From Azolla caroliniana (taxonomy: Eukaryota; Plantae; Polypodiophyta): a stretch of DNA of 64,000 nt. The notes below the pieces were generated by a model, which ran no database searches, was not told the DNA's origin, and saw only the letters and a program-made list of their open reading frames with translations. A program made the translations under genes and the position numbers. Below, piece after piece: positions 9,408 through 21,702 of this stretch (positions are counted from its first letter, which is position 1; each line of letters begins with the position of its first letter). The DNA lies in contig JBHGNT010000007.1 in NCBI GenBank assembly GCA_043228905.1, positions 22,444,001 through 22,508,000 on the forward strand, written 5' to 3'.

Positions 9408-12400
9408 TGTCATGATATGGCAAGACTCGAACCCATGACCTTATGTTACATGTATTGTAATATAAAGGATATTATTTTCATTTAAGTTTTACTATAGAAA
9501 ATTGATGTATATTCCAGATTTCTCTGGAACATTCTAGAAACTTCAAGAGTACTCCTGAAAACACTATAAATGGAGGCACAAGGCATTATTTCAAACCAAA
9601 CGGTTCAACGCCAGTCTTAAGCCTCCTAGCTACTATTGTATATTCTCTTAACATAATATATATCTTTTGTTACCATCATTCTCTCTATCGCTCTCTATCG
9701 CTCTCTCTCTCTCACTCTTTCCTTCTCTTGAGAGTTATACACCTCCCTTAGTACTAATCCTCATCTTTTAGTACTAATTCCTTCTCTGTTTTAGTATTGT
9801 TCCTGACAATACTTCTTTGTCTTAGTACTACTCCTGACAGTTTGAACTGATTTTTCCTTTCTTCTCTTCCTTTGTCTTCTTACTTCTCCCTCCCTTCATA
9901 CTAATCTCTTGTTCCTCTTTTCTCTCATACTATGGCCACTGTTAGCGCTCAAGAATATCAATCCGTTTTTTCGGAGTTGCAATGCTTGAAAGAGAAGTTT
10001 CTCGCATTGGAACAAGAAAATCAACGAATGTTGGGGGAGCTTCAACAAATCTCGTTAGAGAAGCAGTAGATGCAACAACAACACGGGGAACTAGTGTTAC
10101 GCATGTAACACTTGAAGCAACCATAGTACAACAATGCAACAACAAGGACCCAGTATGCAAGGGGTTCATAAAGAACCCAAGATCGGCCTTCCCATGAAAT
10201 TCGATGGAACGCGATCGCAGTTTAGAGGATTCCTTAATTAGGTACAATTAGTCATTCAAATGCATCCTTCTCGATATCCCACCGATGCATCATGAGTGGG
10301 ACTAGTAGGCACGACTTTGGCATGGTTCACCCCCCTGTTAGAAAAAAGCTCTCCCTTGTTAAATAATTTCGAAGAGTTTATTATCGAGTTTAAAGCCTGT
10401 TTTGGAGATACCGATAATGTGAGAACAACAATCAACATAATCCGAAGATTGCGCCAAGGTGAGTGGCCGGCCTCGGCTTATGTTGCGGATTTCCATATTC
10501 TCCCCACAGATATTCCCTGGGATGACCAGGCACTAATGGAGCAATTTTGTTTTCGCCTACATAATGATGTTAAAGATTTACTCTTAACTTTCTCGGAGGA
10601 ACCAAAGTCATTGACAGAAGCAATCAGTCGTGCGGTGGGATGCGATAATCGCCTCTTCGAACGATGTTCGGAACGTTGTCGTGGAGAAAACCGTCCCCAG
10701 GTGGAAACCGGGTATGATGTGCGTAAACCGGCCCTTACATGTGGGCACAAGTTTTGTTGAATAGCACGTAGATAGGTACAAGTCGGCTGAGGTGAAATCC
10801 TAGGTAGCACGCATTCATTAGGGAGAAAATCAAGGTGTATCCCTGTCCGAAAGGACAGGGAATAAACATGATTTAACGGGTGGTAACGGCCTCCCTCCTT
10901 GGGCTATAAAAGAGAGGGAGAGGTATTGTATAAAATATATCGCGTTTTAGAGGGAGGACGAAGTGCTGCCGGACTGGAACCGAGCTCTTCTCCTCTGTCT
11001 TCTCCATAGTTGTTCTTTGCAGGTTTTTGAGAGGCTGACTCTGCTCCGCGGAACGCCCAAGTGCTTCCGGCAGAGTCTCCATCTCGTGTTCTGTGAATGT
11101 GTGTGTGTAGGCGTCGGAGCCTGTCACTCGCCGGCTTGCTGGTTGTAACTCCTTGACTTATATATACATATACATTCGTTTTGTCTCCATCGTTCAGAGT
11201 TAGTTGCAACTCCTGTGAATGTGTGTCTTTGTGCGCGTGTGAAGTACATCGGTAGTTTCCTTCCCCTCTTCTCATTCGGTTATTTCTCGGTCCAAGGCCC
11301 CCGTGGTCTTGCCTCGTTCTCCACGCACGCGCGTAACAACGCGACGACGTCAGTTCCAAATGCCAAGGACAAGATCAGAGCCCACCTACGCTTCAATCGT
11401 AGCAAAGCCTTTCCCAAGGCAGTCGTTCAATACCTCTCCAAAAAATACTCCGACTCCAATGGAAATTGATACCATACATCGTTGTGGACCACTATCGGAA
11501 GAAGAAAAGTAGCGACGTTGATTATGTCTTTATTGCGGTGGACCGGGGCATATTGCAGTGAATTGCCCCCATCGGCTGAAAAGGCAGGTAAATCAAATAA
11601 CCGCTAGTACTAATAGTACTAAACCTGAGTCTATTTCTCTAGGTGTGTCTGATAGTCGTAATAGCCCAAGCCTTTCAAACATATTTGAAATCCTTAGTCA
11701 ACTAGAAGAAGAGTTAAGCGATTAAGTCCAACCAAAATAGGAGCCGTTTGGTTGGACAACCCTAGATCTGTGGAACCCATTACTGGTTCCATTTCCTCTA
11801 AGCAAGTTAGCAATGTGTTCTTAGCTCAAGTAATGGTTAGTACTAAAAGTACTCCTCTAGTACATGTCTTAGTACTCTTAGGTTCCAGAGCCAACTCTTG
11901 CTTCATGGATAGGAAATTTGCCCAAGCTCATCAAATATCCCTAAAAAAATTCCCGTGTCCAGCCTGTGTAGTAGTCATTGATGGTCGTCCCATTGCTTCC
12001 GGAAATATTATAGAAGAGTCAGAACCCGTTAATATTGTCCTAGATAACTTAGCGTGTGTAGCATCATTTAATATAATTAGTATCCTAGAACATCCCATTG
12101 TTTTGGGATTACCATGGTTCTAATTACATAACCCAACCATAGATTGGAGAACAAGAGAAATACAGTGTCGACAAACCCGAGGATCTACTCATAAAATTGC
12201 AACCATTTCGCTACATCAGTTGCGCGAGGAATGACGCAAGGAAGAAATGTTTGTCTTCTCAATATTAGAAACCCCTCCAGTATCAATAAAGAGGAGACCA
12301 CCGTTCAACTTCCAGAGAAGTATCATCATTATGCTGATGTGTTCGATAAAGTATGAGTCAATACGCTTCGTCAACATCGACCGTATGATGGTCCCATCGA

Positions 12401-15227
12401 TTTACAACCGGGAAAAGAGCCACCATGGGAACCGATCTACAATTTGTCACCAACCGAGCTAGAAGTCCTTCGAGCCTATATAGAGGAGAATTTGGCAAAT
12501 GGTTTCATTCGACATTTGAAATCTCCAGCCGGCGCACCCATTTTCTTCGTCAAGAAAAAGGATGGATCACTTTGTCTCGTCGTAGATTACCGTGGATTGA
12601 ATAAAGTCACCATCAGGAATAGGTATGCACTTCCCCTTATCTCAAATCTTTTAGAACGGATCAATGGTGCAATGTTCTTCACAAAGATCGACTTACAAGG
12701 AGCATATAACCTCGTACGGATCCGACTAGGAGATGAATGGAAGATTGCGTTTCACACCAGATATGGACACTTTGAGTATACGGTCATGCCATTCGGCCTC
12801 ACTAATGCGCCAACAGTCTTCTAGCACATGGCAAATGATATATTCCGAGATCTCTTGGATGATTTTTTGATCATCTATTTGGATGATCTACTGGTTTATT
12901 CGAAGACCCAAGAAGAGCATGATTCTCATGTACAATTAGTACCAAAACGACTTCGAGAACATGGTCTTTATGCAAAGTTGGAAAAATGTAGTTTCGGGTG
13001 CAACAAGGTAGAATTTTTGGGCTATGTCATTTCCTCGGAAGGCATCTCCATGGATCCAGCTAAGGTCAAAACGATGGTAGAGTGGCAGAGGTTGCGTTTG
13101 TTGCGAGATGTGCAATGATTTTTAGGCTTTGCCAATTTTTACCGCAAGTTCATATAGGATTACTGAAAACTTGTTCTGTCTCTCGCACAACTTACCAGGA
13201 AGGGACAATCGTTCATTTGGTTTGAAGAAGCGGACATGGATTTTGAGAGTCTTAAGAAGGCATTTACATTAGCTCCTATTTTAGCTCATGTTGATCCAGA
13301 AAAACTAATCATCATTGAAGTAGATGCGTCAGATTTCGCCTTTGGTAACATTCTGTCTCAACAAGGTGATGATGAAAACCTACATCCTGTTGCTTTCCAT
13401 TCACGCAAGTTTGACGCTGCGGAAAGCAACTATGAAATTCATCATAAGGAGCTATTAGCAATAGTGAACTCTTTTACACAATGGAGGCATTTTCTAGAGG
13501 GGTCTTCACATCAAGTCATCGTATTCAGTGATCACAAAAACCTTGCCTATTTTCAAAATGATCGTGTGTTAAATAGACGTCAAGCTCGGTGGGCTCAATT
13601 CCTCACTCGATTCAACTTCAAAATTACATATCATCTAGGGAAGCCACAAGGGAGGGCAGATGCATTATCATGACACTCGTATCTAGCACCGCGTCCCAGC
13701 AAGCCTGCTTTTGATAACCAAAAGCAAGTAATCCTGGGACCTACACGACTGCAAGCAACAGAGGTTTTCGGTATGCCCTTGGATTCCCACGTTATCAATA
13801 CCATACGTGAGAACTTGAAGATAGATGCTTTCGCTCAAGCCATTCTAGCACAAATTGATCCCTCTCGAGCATCTTGTTAATAGTCACAACAACCAGGTAC
13901 GGACTATCGACAATTTGAATGTCATGATGGATTACTATTCTTTAAGAAACTCTTGTATGTTCCTAATGGTACTTGTCGCCTTCAAGTAGTCCAAAACTGT
14001 CATGACACATATACAGCTGGGCATTTTGGTAGTACTAAAACACTAGATTTAGTACAACGATGATTCTGGTGGCCCCATATGCGACAATTTGTTGAAGATT
14101 TTTTCAGACTTGTGATACATGTTGCAGAGCAAAAAGGCCAAGGCATCATCCAGATGGTTTATTAAAACCATTACCAATTCCAAGCAAACCATGGCAATCC
14201 ATTGCCCTAGATTCCATCACAGATCTTCCGGTCTCTAAGGGATTCAATGCGATCTTAACAGTAGTAGATCGATATACGAAGATGGTCCATTTCCTGCCAT
14301 GTACTAAGGAAATCTCTAGTGAAGAAACTGCCGAAATTGTCATGCGTGAAGTATGTCGGCATCATGGCCTTCCCGATAGTATCATCAGCTACCATGAACC
14401 CCCGTTCGTCTTGAAATTTTGGAAGCACCTCTTTAAAATGCTTAAGGTAACTTGTAACGTCTCCTCTGGCTACCACCCGCAAACAGACGACCAAGCAGAA
14501 TGAACAAATCAAACGTTGGAGCAGTATCTTCGGTGACTGGGCGGATATTCTCCACTTCGCTGAATTTGTGTATAATAACTCTGTCCACTCATCGACAAAG
14601 GTGACACCATTTTATGCTTACACAGGCTGTCACCCCTGGTGCTGTGTATTGGAAACCCTAGAGTTACCTACAAATCCTTGCGCAGAGGATCGTTTGGAGC
14701 GGCTACGTAAGATACAAGCAGATTTATCTACTCATCTACAACAAGCTCAACAAACACACAAGGTTTACGCGGATCGTCATCAACTTCCATCCAGTTTTGA
14801 CATTGGAGATCGGGTGTGGCTACTACGACGACACATCAAGACTACTCGCTCATGTGAGAAGTTGGATTATCGGAAAGATTAATGATGTCGCTTTTCGTCT
14901 CGATCTACCTCCGCAACTACGGATATATCCGGTGTTCCATAGTTCTCTCCTAGAACCCTATCAGGAGAGCACCATCCCAGGTCGTATTAAACCACCTCCA
15001 CCCCCGATCGAACTTGAAGATGGACCTGAGTACGAGGTTGCCATCATCCTCGATTCCAAGTTTGTTCGCAACAAGCTCTACTATTTAGCCGCTTGGCTAA
15101 GATATAGTCCCAACGAGCAATTGGGAACCGATAGAGAATATAACCAATGCTCGTGCTCTTCTCGTGACACTTGTTGTTTTAAAGGAGGGATAGTGTCATG
15201 ATATGGCAAGACTTGAACCCATGACCT
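9408..15227 (+). mobile_element. Degenerate Gypsy chromovirus (Tcn1-like), 3' LTR truncated
   Basis: LTR start TGTCATGATATGGCAAGACT at 9408 and 15194, PPT AAAGGAGGGATAG at 15181-15193. Gag with CxxCxxxxHxxxxC knuckle, protease, RT (YLDD), RNase H (DAS), integrase and chromodomain (EYEVAIILDS...YL..W, ~15025-15120). Many stops. Confidence 0.92.
10677..11346 (+). mobile_element. Gypsy solo LTR inserted in chromovirus gag
   Basis: Starts TGTCGTGGAGAAAACCGTCC, similar to the LTR of the 17617-22331 element; ends GCGACG; 4-bp TSD ACGT; gag resumes on both sides. Confidence 0.85.
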
Positions 15228-16950
15228 ATTTCATAAAATAAGAAAGAAAGCTTATAAATTTTTTCTTCATGAGGGAAATGTTTGGAGACATCCAAAAGTT
15301 GTCGAAGGGATTCCGCAAAGAGTGGTTGGAAGAAGGGAAGAGCAACAAAAACTAATATTTGAATTTCATGATACTTTATGGGCAAGTCATCGTGGAGTTT
15401 GGGCCACCTACTCGAAATTAAAAGAGAAGTTTTGGTGGGCTGGAATGTACAATGATGTTGCAGATTATGTACAATCATGTGAGAACTGCCAAATGTATTC
15501 GAATATTTGGCATCGTGATGGGTTGCAATCTACTTATTCTTTATCTCTACATTATAAATGGGTTGTGGATATTGTAATGATGCATGTGGGGGTTTGGCAA
15601 ATGAGATATCTTGTATTGGCAAGAGAAGATTTGACAAATCAAGTGGAAGGCCGAGCCCTACGCCAAAAAACCACTTCAGTTGTTTGTAAGTTCCTTCTTG
15701 AAGATGTGATATGTAGGTACAAGTGCATTGGGAAGATTGTTGCAGACAGAGGAGAACTAGATTCTAACAAAGCTTAACAATTTTTTTCAAGAATGGGAAT
15801 TCGATTATCCTTAACTACGACATATAACCCTGAAGCTAATGGGAAGGCTGAGCGTGGACAGCCCTATAGTAAAAGCTTTGGTGAAAATTTGTGATGGCAA
15901 GATAGTTAACTGGCCTCATCTGTTACCATATGCACTATGGGCTGACCCCACTACTCACAAGATAGTAAAAGCTTGAAGATGTGATATGTAGGTACAAGTG
16001 CATTGGGAAGATTGTTGCAGACAGAGGAGAACTAGATTCTAACAAAGCTTAACAATTTTTTTCAAGAATGGGAATTCGATTATCCTTAACTACGACATAT
16101 AACCCTGAAGCTAATGGGAAGGCTGAGCGTGGACAGCCCTATAGTAAAAGCTTTGGTGAAAATTTGTGATGGCAAGATAGTTAACTGGCCTCATCTGTTA
16201 CCATATGCACTATGGGCTGACCCCACTACTCACAGTTTCGTAACTGGCTTTATGCCATCAGAATTGATACTTGGTCAAAAACCAATTATGCTAGTAGAGC
16301 GATCAGTATTTTCCTGGTTGCCTTGCCATGGGCAGATGAAATGTGTTGAGAAGATTTGCTTGGTCTTAGAATAAGACAACTACAAAGAAGTGATGAAGAT
16401 GTTCAAATAGCTACAGAAAGGATGAAACAATGTCAACTATGGAACAAAGAAAGATTTGATAAAACCCATTGCCTTCGACCAAGAAAGTTCCAAGAAGGTG
16501 ATTGGGTCATAGTTTATGGTAGCAGCTTGGATAACCAACATAGTACTTCTCGCAAATTTGCCAAAAGATGGTTCGGGCCATATATTATTAGACAAGTGAA
16601 TAAAAATGCAATGTATTTCCTAACTGAAATAGATGGAGTTGCTTTAAAGTTACCAATTGCAGGAAAACGAATTAAGCTATTCAAGAGAAAGGAAGATCAA
16701 AGCACTAACTTCCTCAACGAAGATGACATCCATGAAGTTGAAGAAGGAGACATTCATTGACGCATGCCAGAGGATGCACAAGTCTAGAGGGGGAGGATGT
16801 CGTGACATTTCCATGCCACAATGAGAAAATAACCTCTACCAATATATATGAGCTTATTCAAATGTTTATAAAAGGTTATATAAAGTGCGAGGCCTTGATG
16901 AATAGGAGTGTGTGGGGGTTTAGGCGTCATGAAGGATTTGCTTCACGATA
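15228..16950 (+). mobile_element. Old non-chromovirus Gypsy fragment (integrase, PPT, short LTR)
   Basis: Integrase homologous to those at 18315-19955 and 23315-24600 (LAREDLTNQVEGRAL, RWFGPY). PPT GAGGGGGAGGA, then TGTCGTG at 16798. Confidence 0.85.
15697..16234 (+). repeat. Tandem duplication of ~263 bp (period 275) within a dead integrase
   Basis: 15697-15959 matches 15972-16234, with a 12-bp filler between them. Confidence 0.92.
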
Positions 16951-18314
16951 GAAAAATAAACTAAAATAATGTATTGATCAATTGCGTATAGTGCGCATGT
17001 AGCTTGTAGTGCGTGTGTCACTTGCAGTACTCCCCCTCAAGCTCGGCAATATGGATGTCATGAGACCAAGATCCAATGCGAATTGCCCGAGCTTGTCGAC
17101 TCCTAAGGCCTTCATAAAAATATCAGCAACCTGGAGTTGCGTACTAATATGTAGTAGATCGATTTTTCCAGCCTGTACGCGCTCGTGGATGAAGTGGTAG
17201 TGCACTTCGATATGCTTAGTATGCGCGTGAAATATGGGGTTTCACACCAAGTAGATGTTGCTCATGTTGTCGCAGTATAGGCGAATCGGATCTTTGATGG
17301 GTACGCCCAGATCTTTAAGAATGCGCTTGACCCATATGGCTTCGCATGCGGCGACTGCGGCACCCCTGTATTCGGCTTCCGTGCTCGACAGTACGGCTGT
17401 CGGCTGCTTCTTACTGCTCCAGGAGATCGCTCTACTACCAAGGGAGAAGACGGATCCGGATGTGGATCGTCTATCCGCTTTGTATCCTGCCTAGTTCGCG
17501 TCTATGTATCATTCGAGTCGAATGGTCGTATTTGACTGATACATAATGTCGTAATCCATCGTCGTACTGACATACCAGAGTATCCTCTTAGCGCAATCAA
17601 GATGAAAGTTTCGCGGTGTCGAGGTATTCCTCGCGGATGCGTGGAATGAGGCGGGACCTCGGGGGTCTTGTACCGAAGAGCAAGAGAGAAAAGAGAAGAG
17701 ACCCACTACGTGCGAGAGTAGATTCACAGGGACACGGCCCTTCGACACAAAGACGCGAGTCGGACAGCGACACAGAGAGACACGAACGTATGTATGTATT
17801 AACAAAGACAAACAACAAAACACGAAGTTGGTTACAACCGAACAGGCCGGCGAACAGATGCCGATACCTGTTCGTAAACGCACAGAAAGGAAGGAGTAGG
17901 TTGGAGGTGCTGCCGGAAGCACTCGGGCATTCCTCAGAGCAGCGCGAGCCTCCCGAAACCTGCACAGAAGGAAGCTATGGCATTTGCGAACCAGAGAGAG
18001 AGAGAGAAGCCTTCGCCCACGAACTGACAACACTTCGTCCTCGACTCTCCGCGGTCCCTTTTCCCCTCCTCGTCTCCCTCCTTTATATAGGCAAGGAAGG
18101 AGCCGTTTCCCCTTTACTTCCTACCTACCGAATCTGCCTGCCTAGGATCTCCTATGTACAACATAAGGCGCACGTGCATGAAGAGCCGGTTCCTATGCTC
18201 CGGTGCACCGATTCCGCTTGTGGACGGTTTTCTTCACGACATCCGCCCCCACCTAACCGCGCATCCACCGGCATGCGCCAAATTGAGTTGGGACGGAGAA
18301 AACCGGTCCAACCT

Positions 18315-19955
18315 TTATTCCCCGCCCGTCGGTTCTTCTTCGGTTTCGGATCGTTCGTCGTCCCGGTCCAGGTTATCCGGATCCGGCTCGTCGTCGTGAC
18401 GCTTCTTGAACGCTTTGATCCGCTTCCCAGCTACCGGTATCGCCATTCTCGTGCCGTCGAGTTCCGCCAGATGGTACGTCCCATTGTCGTTGGCGCTTTG
18501 TACCACGTAAGGCCTGAACCACCTTCTTGCGAACTTCCGTGTCGCTCGGTGCTGGTTGTCGAGGCTGCTGTCGTAGACTAGCACCCAGTCGCCTTCCTCG
18601 ATCTTCTTCGGTCGGAGCCGGTGCGTCCGGTCGAACCGGGCTTTGTTCCTCGTCCTGGCCACCCGAAGCCTTTCCGCAGCGTGCTCCACGTCCTCCGGTC
18701 TTCGCTCGAGCTGTCGTATGCGCGCCGTCAACAGTTCCTCCCGGATCATCTCGTCTCTCCAGTCCACGGTTGCCCATGAGGAGATCGTACGTTCCATCGG
18801 CATGATCAGCTTCTGCCCAAACATAAGCTCTGCCGGCATGAATCCGGTTATCGAACTTTGCGTAGTTCGGTCAGCCCACAACGCGTAAGGCAACAGCCGT
18901 GGCCAGTTCCCGACTTGCCCCCCGCATGCCCGAACTAATGCCTTGACGATCGGTCCGTGTCCGCGCTCCACCTTCCCATTCGCCTCCGGATTGTACGCAG
19001 TGGTAAACGGGAGCTTGACTCCTAGCCGGTCGAACAGCTCCTCGGCCTCTTCGGCGTCCAACTCCCCGCGATCCGCCACGATCTTCCCAACGCACCCGTA
19101 CCGGCATATTACGTCCTCAATCAGGAACCAACATACGGCCGCGGTCGTTTTGTTCTGAAGGGCTCGGCCTTCCACCTGGTTCGTCAGATCTTCCCGAGCC
19201 AGGACCAGATACCGCATCTGTCCTACGCCCATCGGCATCGTCACCAGATCTACCATCCATTTGAAGTGGACGGTCGGAGGGTACGTAGGGTGAAGCTCGT
19301 CCCGATGCCGAACTATGGAGTGCATCTGGCAGCTCTCGCAAGTTGTCACGAACCGATGCACGTCCCAGTACAGTCCCGGCCACCAGTACTTCCCCTTTAT
19401 CTTCTCGAACGTGGCCCACGTTCCACGGTGACCAGCCCAAGGGCTGTCGTGGTAAGCCGTCAGCAGCTCCTCCTGTTCTTCCTTCACCGCCACCACCCGG
19501 AGCGGGACGCCGTTCCTCTTCTTCGGGTGCTTCCATAAGTATCCGTCCCGGAGAAAGAATCGGTAAGCTTTCTTCCAGATCCGGTTGGCCTCGTCCTTCG
19601 TCCATGACGCATCCGGCGTCATTGTCCTCAGAAACCCACTGATCTGCAGCCACTCGCCGTCATACTTGCTCTCGTCGAAGCCGTTAAGTACCGGAGTGCT
19701 CGCCCCATCGGTCGTCACGTACGCCACCTCGAAGAAGTCCACGCCGACTTCTTCGTCCTCCGAAACCATGCCGCCCTCGTCATCAAACCTCGCCCTCGAA
19801 AGCATGTCGGCCATGGTGTTGTCTTTTCCGAAAATGTGTCGTATTTCCGGGTCCAGGGACTTGATGTACGCTATCCACCTGAGCATCGCCAGGTCCGGTG
19901 TCGCGCATCCGGAAACCATGCCGAGAATTGGCAGGCAATCCGTCTCGATAATCAC
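18315..19955 (-). CDS. Gypsy C RNase H C-terminus plus integrase (open 546-aa segment)
   Basis: HHCC motif (H..PWAGH...CESC), DDE core and GPY/F-like RWFRPY. Confidence 0.85.
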   Translation of the reverse strand: MIIETDCLPILGMVSGCATPDLAMLRWIAYIKSLDPEIRHIFGKDNTMADMLSRARFDDEGGMVSEDEEVGVDFFEVAYVTTDGASTPVLNGFDESKYDGEWLQISGFLRTMTPDASWTKDEANRIWKKAYRFFLRDGYLWKHPKKRNGVPLRVVAVKEEQEELLTAYHDSPWAGHRGTWATFEKIKGKYWWPGLYWDVHRFVTTCESCQMHSIVRHRDELHPTYPPTVHFKWMVDLVTMPMGVGQMRYLVLAREDLTNQVEGRALQNKTTAAVCWFLIEDVICRYGCVGKIVADRGELDAEEAEELFDRLGVKLPFTTAYNPEANGKVERGHGPIVKALVRACGGQVGNWPRLLPYALWADRTTQSSITGFMPAELMFGQKLIMPMERTISSWATVDWRDEMIREELLTARIRQLERRPEDVEHAAERLRVARTRNKARFDRTHRLRPKKIEEGDWVLVYDSSLDNQHRATRKFARRWFRPYVVQSANDNGTYHLAELDGTRMAIPVAGKRIKAFKKRHDDEPDPDNLDRDDERSETEEEPTGGE

Positions 19956-21684
19956 TTCCGTCCCGATCAGGTAGTCTTTGTCGGCCTTTACTGCCGAAAC
20001 GATACCCCAGAGTTTGCGTTTAACCTGGGCGTACCCTCGTTGTCGTTCATTGAGGACCTTCGCGCCGAATCGGATGCCGTCCCCGTCTTTGGTTGACGAC
20101 CCATCCGATCCCGGTCGGACTCGTATCCACCGTTATGTATACCGGGGTACCCTTCTCGTAGACAGCCTTCCGGAGCGCCGGTGCTGCCGCAAGAGCTTCC
20201 TTCAGCTTCCGGACCGACTCCGTGTGCTCGTCTCGCCACTCGAATCTTCGCCCCTTCTTCAGCAACCCGTATAGTGGCTCCGCAACGTGGGCGTAATGCG
20301 GGATCCATATGTGGTAGAACGCGCATGCCCCCGGGAACCTCCGAACTTCCGTAACCGAGCTACAGTCGGTCTTCATCGCGGAGATGGCTTCTACCTTTGC
20401 CGGAGACGGCTTCCGGCCATATGGTCCACATAGGTGCCCGACCACCAGGATTTCTGATTGCCCGAAGGCCGATTTCTCCCCGAAGAAGGTGAGCCTCGCA
20501 TCCTCTAGCCTTTGTAGGACCTTCTCGCAGTCGTCGATGTGTGTTGCCACGAATCGCCGGCATCTGTCCGGCCCGAGTGTCTCGTTCTTCTCTTCCACCG
20601 AGCACCCCTTGATAGGGATGTCGTCTAAAAACAGCATGGTGATGTCCGGGATGCAATCCCTCAGTACTTTGTTCATTGCATTCACCATGTGGGCCACCGA
20701 GTTGGTCCCTCCTTGTGGCAGGGTACACATTCGCAACACTTCCTCAACGCTTCTGCGAAATCGCCGCAGTCCTTCCGGATGTGGCCGACCTTGTCGCACC
20801 ACATGCACCTGTTCCCTGCTACCGGCCGTCGGTCACGAGCCGGTTCGCCGCCTTCCCTTCGAGTCTGGGCGATCTGGAGATCCTTTATCACCCGCGTCAA
20901 CTCCTCCAGCGCTGCCCCTCCGGACGAGCCATTGACCATGCAGGTCGAAGCCGGACCGGTTTCGAGCCATTCCCGGGTTTCTTCCCTTCGCACTTGTGGT
21001 GCCGGTTCAATCCTCCTTGCTGTGACAGAGCCCGCACCGGCCGCCCCGTTGTCAGCCCATTCTCGCTGTTTATCGAAACGGCCACAGACTCTCTTAACCG
21101 CAGCCCAGTCGGTTGTCAGCCCATCCTCGGTTTCCAGCAAGGAGCCGACTTGGTCCCGGTCCCGCTCGTCCACCGACTTGACGAACAGTAGGACCCGGCT
21201 CGTATCCAGAACGGTTCGGTCAAGCGCCGAAAGGCGCGCAAAGCGTTCTTCGAACTCCCGGAGGAGTGCCGTCGCGTTTCTTCCCTTGCCGGGGAACTCC
21301 ACCCATTCCATGAAGTTCCGTTTCGAAAGCCCGAGCGCGTCGTCCAGCCCGTATTTTTCTAGGAGTCGGCCTTCGAACTCCTCCCAGGTACGGCTCTCCG
21401 CCCTCACCTCGAGCACCTCCGCATGGATGCTCGGCATCTCCACTCGAGGAAACCCGGCAAGACGCTTCTCTTCCGGAATGTCCCGCATCAGCATTTCTGC
21501 CCCGTAGGACGCCAAATACTTCGTGGCATCCTTTCCGCTGAACCGGCCAATCGTACCGACGACCGCCTCAATGGCTCTATCGAGGGCGCCGGTGCCCTCG
21601 CGTGCACTCAATATCCGATCCACGGCCGAAGCCATGGCCTCTGCAAGATCCGACCCTTTCATCTTCTGCTCTTCTGCCGCCTCC

Positions 21685-21702
21685 TTCACGTCGGGTTCAC
21701 CA
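21685..21702 (-). other. Primer-binding site complementary to the tRNA-Trp 3' end
   Basis: TTCACGTCGGGTTCACCA on the + strand matches the plant tRNA-Trp 3' end as recalled; identical 18-mer at 29003-29020. Confidence 0.85.

Noticed and set aside
16798-16954. Fifth test of the CpG-centred target site
   Set aside because: LTR end is uncertain (CACGATA then GAAA) and no left flank remains. If this is the true end it would be a counter-example.
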